A DNA stretch of 58,291 bases from Candidatus Gottesmanbacteria bacterium GW2011_GWC1_43_10 (GTDB lineage: Bacteria; Patescibacteriota; Microgenomatia; UBA10105). The DNA is taken from assembly GCA_000995415.1 (NCBI GenBank), contig LCEX01000012.1, positions 1 through 58,291 of the forward strand, read 5' to 3'. Both the position numbers and the translations under genes were made by a program. This document shows, one piece after another, positions 51,726 through 58,291 of the stretch. The notes beneath the pieces were generated by a model that worked only from the letters and a program-made list of their open reading frames with translations, was not told the origin of the DNA and made no database searches. Position 1 is the first letter of the stretch; each line of letters opens with the position of its first letter.

Positions 51726-52312
51726 ACGCCAATCTTTTTAAGATACATATTTATAGTTTGGGTTGCAAATCCAAATGTCAAAAACCGGTGTTTTATTTGT
51801 TCACGCGAGATGCCGGTTTTTTGCCAAAGTGGTCCGAGTTGGACTATAGTTTCACAAACTTCGTAAGGGTAAACGATCCAAGCGGAAGTCTTAGTTACAT
51901 AAAAATCAGGGACGTAAGTCGAGTGGGGCTTGAGATGTAGAGCGGCAGTGGTGATATCGACTTTTCTGGCCCCAAGTTCTTCTAAATAAATTAGACTGCG
52001 CAGGAAAGTTTTGCCCGTATCGGAAACGTCGTCAAGTAGGAGAATTTTTTTACCGGTGAGGCGGGTGTCCAAACCATAGACAATATGAGGAATTGAAGCT
52101 TGCTTAAAATCTTTGTAACTTTGGACGGTAAATGCAGCGATAGGTAAGCTTAAATGATCGGACATGAGTTGAGCCAAAGTGAGACCGCCGCGGGCGATGG
52201 CGACAATAAGATCAAATTTTTTGGCGCTGCGGGTGATTTTTTGACTTAAGGTAGATGTTGTTGCACAAAAATCTTCCCAAGTGATATTTAAGTACTGCTG
52301 CTGCCAGTTCAT
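51722..52312 (-). CDS. purine phosphoribosyltransferase (hypoxanthine/xanthine-guanine type)
   Basis: The PRPP motif ILLLDDVSDTGKTF is present. The ~196-aa size fits. Confidence 0.75.
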   Translation of the reverse strand: MNWQQQYLNITWEDFCATTSTLSQKITRSAKKFDLIVAIARGGLTLAQLMSDHLSLPIAAFTVQSYKDFKQASIPHIVYGLDTRLTGKKILLLDDVSDTGKTFLRSLIYLEELGARKVDITTAALHLKPHSTYVPDFYVTKTSAWIVYPYEVCETIVQLGPLWQKTGISREQIKHRFLTFGFATQTINMYLKKIGV

Positions 52313-52338
52313 AAAAAATAACCCCGCAGGATGCGGGG
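52313..52338 (-). terminator. terminator-like hairpin plus U-tract abutting the PRT start codon
   Basis: The minus strand reads CCCCGCA-tcc-TGCGGGG, then TTATTTTTT, then ATG 52312. No SD is present. Confidence 0.55.
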
Positions 52339-52393
52339 TGTTATTGCTCTATTTTATATAAACGATAATCAAGTGATCTGATTACCATGAGCC

Positions 52394-52423
52394 ATTATAT
52401 GGTTGAGATGTTTCGCTTGTCAA
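52394..52423 (-). promoter_or_regulatory. consensus promoter TTGACA-N18-TATAAT (minus strand)
   Basis: Both hexamers match consensus exactly. The promoter sits about 80 nt upstream of the PRT-PRT-orf-guaA operon. Confidence 0.6.
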
Positions 52424-52469
52424 GGATTTCCAATCTTGACGGTATGCAAAGAAAACATATAATGGGAGA

Positions 52470-53042
52470 ATGGTTCCCAATCCACCCAAAAGTTATAAAT
52501 ACCGTAACATCACAGTTTCAGGTAAGATCGCCACGGGAACTACGACGCTGGCCAAAAATCTGCAACAAATATTAGGATGGGAATATATCAACGCAGGTGC
52601 TATTCAACGAGCGTGGGATCGGGAACACGGGGTTGATGAAAACGCACGAGGTGCGATGCTTCGTCCAGATGACCACGAACGTAAAATGGAAGCGATGGCC
52701 AAAAAAATATTAGTCGAAAAAGAACACATGATTTATGAAGCGTGGTTATCAGGATTTGTGGCCCGTGACATTTCAAGCGTGCTACGAGTTTTGCTTGTGT
52801 GCAGCGATGCGGCAGTCCGAATAGATCGCTCAGCCAATCGCGACAATGTAACCATTGAAGAAGCCAAAGAGTTTATCAGAATACGCGAAGAGGAAAATAT
52901 CAGAAAATGGAAAAAAATTTATGGAAATCATGATTTCTGGAATCCTAAATATTTCAATTTGGTGATTGACACCTATTCTTCCGGACAAATGGAGACACTG
53001 GGTAAAGTATTAGATAAGTTAGGTTATAGAAACCATTCCTAA
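52470..53042 (+). CDS. cytidylate-kinase-like P-loop kinase family protein
   Basis: The P-loop NITVSGKIATGTTTLAKNL is present. It is a paralog of the next gene. Confidence 0.55.
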   Translation: MVPNPPKSYKYRNITVSGKIATGTTTLAKNLQQILGWEYINAGAIQRAWDREHGVDENARGAMLRPDDHERKMEAMAKKILVEKEHMIYEAWLSGFVARDISSVLRVLLVCSDAAVRIDRSANRDNVTIEEAKEFIRIREEENIRKWKKIYGNHDFWNPKYFNLVIDTYSSGQMETLGKVLDKLGYRNHS

Positions 53043-53576
53043 ATGTATAGCAAAATCACTATTTCAGGCCTTATTTGCTCTGGTAAAACGACACTGTTTT
53101 GGGACCTTTTTAAAAAACTGAATTGGCCGACGTTTTCGGCCAGCCATTTTTTCCGGGATTATTCCAGAACTCATGGCACTTCCTTACAAAAAGCAGAGGA
53201 ACAAACCCAGAGCCTGACCAAAGTAGTCGATTTTGGGATGCTCGAACTTTTAAAAAACGAACAACGCATCATACTCGAAGGTTGGATGACGGGCATTATG
53301 GCAGATGATTTACCGGGAGTATTGCGGGTTTTTTTGACGTGTACTGACGAAGAAAGAATCAAGCGATTTGCCGAGAGGGAAAAAGTGAGCCTTGAGGAAG
53401 CGAAAGTTCAGATCAAAGAACGGGAAAGTAATGTTTATGGAAAATTACAGAGTATTTATAAGCGTAACGATTTTTTAGACCCAAAAAATTATAACCTGGT
53501 TATCGATACGACTACCAAATCTCCACAAGAAATACTTACTGAAGTTCTTCTGAAAATTGATAAACATCTGGTTTAA
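53043..53576 (+). CDS. cytidylate-kinase-like P-loop kinase family protein (tandem paralog)
   Basis: The P-loop KITISGLICSGKTTLFWDL is present. It shares ..LRVFLTC..ERIKR..YNLVIDT.. with the upstream gene. Confidence 0.55.
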   Translation: MYSKITISGLICSGKTTLFWDLFKKLNWPTFSASHFFRDYSRTHGTSLQKAEEQTQSLTKVVDFGMLELLKNEQRIILEGWMTGIMADDLPGVLRVFLTCTDEERIKRFAEREKVSLEEAKVQIKERESNVYGKLQSIYKRNDFLDPKNYNLVIDTTTKSPQEILTEVLLKIDKHLV

Positions 53577-53578
53577 AT

Positions 53579-54130
53579 ATGATACCAACAAGACCTCAAT
53601 GTTTAGCCTTGTGGGACAAGTACAATCTGCCTTCGGCCAAAAGAATTCATGTGGAAGAAGTAACTCAGCTTGCAAAATTCTTTGCAAGCAAGCTCAAAGC
53701 TCAAAATTCAAATGTCAAAATAAATGAAGCCCTAGTTGAGGCGGCGGCACTCTTACATGATATTGATAAAAATGTTACAAAAAGGGCAGGGGAGCGGCAT
53801 CCGGATACGGCGGAGCGGATTTTGAAAGAATTAGGCTTTGACGAAGTAGCTGAAGTCGTGCGCAAGCATTCACTCCATGCGATTCTTGATCCGGAACTAA
53901 CTCCTAAAACCTGGGAAGAAAAAATTGTCTATTTGGCTGACAAAATGACTAAATATGAAGTAATCGGAGTAGATCACCGGTTTAAACTTTGGTACAAAGA
54001 ACATTTGCCGCCTGAAGCGGTTAAAGAGTTGAATGAAAGCTTTCCCAAAGTCAAACAATTAGAACAAGAAATTTACCAAGCAGCCGGAATCACCTTTATA
54101 GATATCCAAGAGGAATTTCAACAGGCATGA
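53579..54130 (+). CDS. HD-domain (HDIG-type) phosphohydrolase
   Basis: H...LLHDIDK...D is present. Confidence 0.8.
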   Translation: MIPTRPQCLALWDKYNLPSAKRIHVEEVTQLAKFFASKLKAQNSNVKINEALVEAAALLHDIDKNVTKRAGERHPDTAERILKELGFDEVAEVVRKHSLHAILDPELTPKTWEEKIVYLADKMTKYEVIGVDHRFKLWYKEHLPPEAVKELNESFPKVKQLEQEIYQAAGITFIDIQEEFQQA

Positions 54131-54678
54131 AACGCAGGTTATTTGTGGGTATTGGTCTACCTAAATCAACTAAACAAAAACTGGGAAAACTGTTGAGTGG
54201 TCTAGGTCAAGATTATCCGGAAATCAAATGGGAAGTGCCGGAAAAATTGCATCTGACCCTCAAATTTTTGGGTAACACCGTAGTCGTTCCAGAGACAATT
54301 TTGACTAGCCTTCGGCAAAAGCTCGCAGATACTTCCGGTTTTACCCTGAATTTTGGAGAAATAGCTATTTTGGTAAATCAACAGAGCTTGGTAGTCTTGG
54401 AAGCCATCTCTGAAGAAAATTTATTAAGTCTTTACCATAAAATCAATAACGTTTTGGAAAATTTAAAATTTGCCCGGGACAAACGCAAATTTTATCCGCA
54501 TGTGACTTTGGGCCGGTTTACATCACAGGCTGGAGGTTGGGATTTATCTCACACGAACTTTAAATTGCCGCGAGTTGAGGTCAAGGCTGTCACTTTATGG
54601 CAAAGTCAATCAGATAAGATGGGTACAACCTATGTAAGTCTGGGCGAAGTTGTATTAAGAGAAGTTTTGTCTTCGTGA
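54127..54678 (+). CDS. thpR: RNA 2',3'-cyclic phosphodiesterase (2H family, ThpR/LigT)
   Basis: Two HxTx motifs are present: HLTLKF and HVTLGR. Confidence 0.85.
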   Translation: MKRRLFVGIGLPKSTKQKLGKLLSGLGQDYPEIKWEVPEKLHLTLKFLGNTVVVPETILTSLRQKLADTSGFTLNFGEIAILVNQQSLVVLEAISEENLLSLYHKINNVLENLKFARDKRKFYPHVTLGRFTSQAGGWDLSHTNFKLPRVEVKAVTLWQSQSDKMGTTYVSLGEVVLREVLSS

Positions 54679-54699
54679 TATAATTGGTTTTTACCAAAC

Positions 54700-55245
54700 A
54701 TGCTTAAAGTTTTGGCAGCCGTAATTGTCGCTTTCAGTTTTTTTGGGATGTTGACGCTCGCGCTCGCGCAAGAATCGTCACCGCAAGCGCCGAAGTCGTC
54801 TCCTTCCCCGGTAATCTACTCACTACCTTTCCCCGGGATATTACCTGACCATCCGTTGTTTTTTGTGAAAGTTTTGCGGGATAAGATCTTGCTTATTTTG
54901 ATCTCCAATCAAGTCAAACGGGTAGACTTTTTGATTTTGCTCGCGGATAAATACCTCAAAATGAGCATGATGCTTCTGGATAAAAACAAAGAAGATTTGG
55001 CAGCCAAGACGTTGGCTGATGGGGTGGGATATCTTAGTCAAGCTGAGGTAGAGATATTTAAAATCAGCAATTCCAATACTAGTGAAGTGCGGAGTCTTAA
55101 AGACCGTTTCGAAGGGTCTTTAGCCAAAGAACAGGAAGTGGTCGAAGGCATAATTAACCGCACCGATTTGAATTCCGTAGACCAATTTAACCGCCTTTTT
55201 ACTCAACTCAAAACCTTAGCCGACGACTACAACCTCAAAAAATAA
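54700..55245 (+). CDS. exported DUF5667-like protein
   Basis: It has a signal peptide. PGILPDHPLFFVKVLRDKILLIL..VDFLILLADKYL uses the same module type as the giant protein. Confidence 0.5.
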   Translation: MLKVLAAVIVAFSFFGMLTLALAQESSPQAPKSSPSPVIYSLPFPGILPDHPLFFVKVLRDKILLILISNQVKRVDFLILLADKYLKMSMMLLDKNKEDLAAKTLADGVGYLSQAEVEIFKISNSNTSEVRSLKDRFEGSLAKEQEVVEGIINRTDLNSVDQFNRLFTQLKTLADDYNLKK

Positions 55246-55600
55246 ACCCATAACAATATAATACACGTTTACTTGCAGCATTTTGGCGGCTGATTTTGAT
55301 ATAGATTATTCTAACGCCAAAAATTCCTAGATAGAAGTTTACTTCTCTAGTTTATAGGTAAAAGTTTATTATTAACTAAATCCTAATAAGACTATCATTT
55401 TGAACTAAAAAAATACTCTAATAGAGTAAGCGACCTAAGTTTGTTATGTAACTAAACTTATAACAAATTGATAAATACAAGTTTGAAGCTAAGGCCAGGA
55501 CTGATATAAAAAGATATAGTTTGTGATCTTGACGCGGGTTATGTAGTGTCTTATCTTTGACTTTGGCACCACAGATAGTGTTTGAGGTTTCACGAGAAAT

Positions 55601-55668
55601 AGCTATCAGCCATCAGCTCTCAGCCATCAGACAGTTTGAAAGCAGATAGCTGGAAGCTGACAGCTAAT
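55601..55668. repeat. heptad-periodic AGC-phased repeat / imperfect palindrome abutting the nrdR start
   Basis: AGCTATC AGCCATC AGCTCTC AGCCATC AGACAGT is followed by ttgaa and then AGCAGAT AGCTGGA AGCTGAC AGCTAAT. The ATG is at 55670. Confidence 0.7.
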
Positions 55669-55669
55669 T

Positions 55670-56116
55670 ATGAAATGTCCGTATTGTACACATGAGGCAA
55701 CTGAAGTAGTCGAGACGCGGGATAGTGAAGATCTGTCGGTGACGAGAAGGCGCCGGGAATGCAGTAAATGCGGTAAGCGGTTTACGACCTACGAACGGAT
55801 TGAAACCGTGCCACTGGTGGTTATCAAAAAAAGCGGGACGCGCGAAAGTTTTGACCGGGAAAAGTTGGGAAGTGGAATCAGAAAGGCAGCGGAGAAAACG
55901 ACCTTGACCCATAAAGATATTGAAGAGATCCTTGATGAAGTAGAGCGGGAACTGCGGGGGGGAGAGTCAGTTGAAGTCGATAGCCAAAAGATCGGGCAAA
56001 TGGTAGCGACCAGACTTAAGAAAAAAGATAAAGTCGCCTATATCAGATTTTCGTCTGTTTTTCGCAGGTTTGTGGATCTTGAGGAGTTTGAAAAAGAACT
56101 ACATAAACTTTTATAA
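55670..56116 (+). CDS. nrdR: transcriptional repressor NrdR
   Basis: The zinc ribbon MKCPYC...CSKCGKRFTTYE is followed by an ATP-cone. Confidence 0.95.
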   Translation: MKCPYCTHEATEVVETRDSEDLSVTRRRRECSKCGKRFTTYERIETVPLVVIKKSGTRESFDREKLGSGIRKAAEKTTLTHKDIEEILDEVERELRGGESVEVDSQKIGQMVATRLKKKDKVAYIRFSSVFRRFVDLEEFEKELHKLL

Positions 56117-56236
56117 AAATCAAAATGCAAAAATCAAAAGTCAAAATTGCAAGTTAAACTTCAAAAGTTTTAAATTCTTAATTTTTTACTTTTGAACTGG
56201 ACTTTTGCCTTTTGACCTTTGACTTTTAACTTTTTA
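56116..56236. repeat. heptad-periodic A-rich/T-rich imperfect palindrome between nrdR and nrdJ
   Basis: The left arm is AAAATCA AAATGCA AAAATCA AAAGTCA.. and ends TTCAAAAGT. The right arm begins ACTTTTGAA and continues GACTTTT GCCTTTT GACCTTT GACTTTT AACTTTT. Confidence 0.7.
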
Positions 56237-56239
56237 TAT

Positions 56240-58291
56240 ATGCAACTTACTGGAATTCGTAGCAAAGTATTTTTAGATCGGTATGCTCTCAAGGACAAAG
56301 AGGGTAAACCCATTGAACAAACTCCAGAGGAGATGTGGCGTCGGATTGCCCGAGGTGTGGCTGACAATGAAAAAACAGTCAAAGAAAAAAAATACTGGGA
56401 AAATGAATTTTATGAGGCGATGACTGATTTTAAATTTGTTCCGGGAGGAAGGATTTTGTCAGGAGCAGGTACCGGATATAAAGTCACTTACTACAATTGC
56501 TTCGTGATTCCCTCACCCAAAGATTCACGCGGAGGGATACTTGAAACCTTAAAACAAATGGTGGAAATCATGGCTAGAGGCGGAGGAGTGGGGATCAACC
56601 TGTCATCGCTTCGTCCCCGGGGAGCGCGGGTCAAAAAGGTTAACGGCTTTTCATCCGGTCCATGTAACTGGGCGGAACTTTTTTCTGTGGCTACCAAAGA
56701 TATCATTCAACAAGGGGGGACGAGACGTGGAGCTTTGATGCTCATGCTTTGGGATTGGCATCCGGATGTGGAAGAATTTATCACCGTCAAACAGGATTTG
56801 TCGCGGATAAATGGTGCTAATTTATCAGTCTGCGTATCTGATTCTTTTATGGAAGCCGTCAAAAACGATCGTGATTGGGATCTGGTTTTTCCCGACAAGG
56901 ACGATCCGGATTACGATACCAAATGGGATGGGATCATGCAGCATTGGTTGGATCTGGGTAAAAAACCAAAAGTCGTCAAAACTATCAAAGCCCGTTCACT
57001 TTGGGATCTGATTTGCCAGGCAGCTTGGAGGAGTGCCGAGCCGGGCTTGGTGTTTATGGAACGCTACAACAAACAGCACTCCAATTATTACTTCAACTAC
57101 ATCAACTGTGTAAATCCGTGTGTAACAGGAGATACATTGGTCGCGACAAGTGATGGACTAAAGTATATGCGACAATTATATGAAGAAAATACTCCATTTA
57201 CAGCTATTGTAAATGGAAAAGCGTATCTTTCCACAGCAGTTAAAAAAACTGGTGTGAAGCCTGTGTTTCGACTTAAAACTCATGAAGGATATGAACTACG
57301 ATTAACCAGAGATCATAAAGTGGTTACTTTAGATGGACCAAAAGCTGCAGAAAAATTAACGCCGAGCGACAAGATCGTGCTTACGAGTGGCGGAGGCTTT
57401 GGGAAAAACGGGTCTTTGGAGGAAGGTCAGGTATTAGGTTGGTTAGTTGGTGATGGAAGTATGAAAAAAGATGTAGCTACTCTTTATTTCTACCATGATG
57501 AAAAAAAAGAACTTGCTCCAAAATTTGCTACCATGGTTTCACAACTTGTGGCAGGAGAACAGGTGGTCGCACGCTCCTATTCAGTGACTCCTCAATATGT
57601 TGAAAAAGAAAACAAAGCTGTGGTTGAATCTGTAAGACTATGGAGGATAGCACAGCGTTATGGTCTCACTCACGCCAATGAATATCTAGTTCCCAAAGCA
57701 GTTCTTGCCGGTTCGGAAATGATGCAACGTGGGTATTTACAAGGTTTATTTTCAAGTGATGGGCATGTTGCTGGTACTCCGGAAAAAGGTGTAAGTGCAA
57801 GACTTACTTCTATCAGTAAGGCTTTGCTTGTCGATGTGCAACGGCTACTTTTAAATTTTGGGATTATGAGCCGCATCTATGAGAATCGTCGAGCTGATGG
57901 GATCAGAAAACTTCCAAACGGTAAAGGTGCATACGCTGATTATCATTGTCAAGCGTATCATGATTTAGTTATATCTAAATCTGATTTAGTAACATTTGCA
58001 GGTTTGATTGGATTTTTGCAAAAAGCAAAACAAGAAAAGTTACGATCGCTTTTATCTCGTTATACACGAGGGCCCTACAGGCAACAATTGGTAGCTACAG
58101 TAAAAGAACTGGAACCAGATGGAATTGAAGAGGTCTTTGACATCACAGTTTCTGAAATACACCAGTTTTCGGCAAATGGCCTGCTGGTTTTAAACTGTGG
58201 TGAAGAAGGCCTTCCGGCTTGGGGAGTATGCTACTTATCATCCATCAATCTGGCCGCTTTGGTCAACGAAAAAGGCGAAATGGATTATAAA
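56240..58291 (+). CDS. nrdJ: class II (adenosylcobalamin-type) ribonucleotide reductase NrdJ, intein-containing; 3' end off the window
   Basis: The frame is open from ATG 56240 to the window end. ..GGRILSGAG..YYNCFV..GGGVGINLSSLRPRG..CVNP[intein]CGEEGLP is read. It is absent from the ORF track, presumably because it has no stop within the window. Confidence 0.9.
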   Translation, partial: MQLTGIRSKVFLDRYALKDKEGKPIEQTPEEMWRRIARGVADNEKTVKEKKYWENEFYEAMTDFKFVPGGRILSGAGTGYKVTYYNCFVIPSPKDSRGGILETLKQMVEIMARGGGVGINLSSLRPRGARVKKVNGFSSGPCNWAELFSVATKDIIQQGGTRRGALMLMLWDWHPDVEEFITVKQDLSRINGANLSVCVSDSFMEAVKNDRDWDLVFPDKDDPDYDTKWDGIMQHWLDLGKKPKVVKTIKARSLWDLICQAAWRSAEPGLVFMERYNKQHSNYYFNYINCVNPCVTGDTLVATSDGLKYMRQLYEENTPFTAIVNGKAYLSTAVKKTGVKPVFRLKTHEGYELRLTRDHKVVTLDGPKAAEKLTPSDKIVLTSGGGFGKNGSLEEGQVLGWLVGDGSMKKDVATLYFYHDEKKELAPKFATMVSQLVAGEQVVARSYSVTPQYVEKENKAVVESVRLWRIAQRYGLTHANEYLVPKAVLAGSEMMQRGYLQGLFSSDGHVAGTPEKGVSARLTSISKALLVDVQRLLLNFGIMSRIYENRRADGIRKLPNGKGAYADYHCQAYHDLVISKSDLVTFAGLIGFLQKAKQEKLRSLLSRYTRGPYRQQLVATVKELEPDGIEEVFDITVSEIHQFSANGLLVLNCGEEGLPAWGVCYLSSINLAALVNEKGEMDYK
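57119..58195 (+). mobile_element. 359-aa intein with a LAGLIDADG homing-endonuclease domain, inserted in the NPCGE active-site motif
   Basis: The N-terminus is CVTGDTLVATSDG and block B is LTRDH. The LAGLIDADG motifs are LGWLVGDGS and YLQGLFSSDGH. The C-terminus is ..NGLLVLN followed by the extein Cys (CGEEG). Confidence 0.85.

Noticed and set aside
52387-52575. A 62-aa plus-strand track ORF upstream of the kinase gene.
   Set aside because: It overlaps the consensus minus-strand promoter and leader of the PRT operon and runs into the kinase gene in another frame. It has no recognisable family or SD.
55246-55600. An AT-rich 350-nt non-coding stretch with several short hairpins (CTAGATAGAAGTttACTTCTCTAG, TACTCTaatAGAGTA, TTTGTTAT..ATAACAAA) was checked as a possible oriC or NrdR operator region.
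   Set aside because: I found no DnaA-box-like TTATCCACA words and no dnaA or dnaN nearby. I found no match to the 16-bp NrdR box. There is not enough evidence for any specific call.

Overview
This is a 58.3-kb bacterial window. The gene content includes many small membrane and DUF proteins, DUF5667 modules, a 1860-aa surface protein, purine salvage plus guaA, a class II RNR with an intein, and two PBP1A genes. This suggests a reduced-genome Patescibacteria/CPR-like organism, which is an inference. The left ~30 kb looks accessory. A tRNA-Asn is followed by cassette-like segments, each preceded by a copy of the tRNA 3' end. These segments carry an AbiEi/AbiEii pair, a DUF2130 plus membrane serine protease pair, and a PD-(D/E)xK-like protein plus a DUF4143 ATPase. 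Further right in the accessory half are the giant surface protein, a VapBC-like pair, and an HTH-GHKL kinase plus STAS-like (DUF4325) pair. Several genes in the left half are decayed: a frameshifted P-loop kinase, a PadR gene, and truncated YdeN-like and deoxyribosyltransferase-like ORFs. The right ~28 kb is mostly core: a DEAD-box helicase, an aminotransferase, typA, signal peptidase, DipZ-like protein, PBP1A x2 (one disrupted), CvpA-CAP, SOD, a GapN-like ALDH, guaA plus two PRTases, P-loop kinases, HD protein, ThpR, NrdR and NrdJ (3' end off the window). I recognised no rRNA, CRISPR array, transposase or integrase. Non-genic signals include tRNA-end-derived repeats and heptad-periodic tandem or palindromic intergenic repeats at four loci. 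GC hairpin plus U-tract elements abut the start codons of typA and of the purine-salvage/guaA operon. A guaA 3'-end remnant differs from the real gene end only at synonymous positions. Many genes show a TGnTATAAT-N6-8-ATG (leaderless-type) arrangement. All functional calls come from motif recognition by eye. No database search was run.
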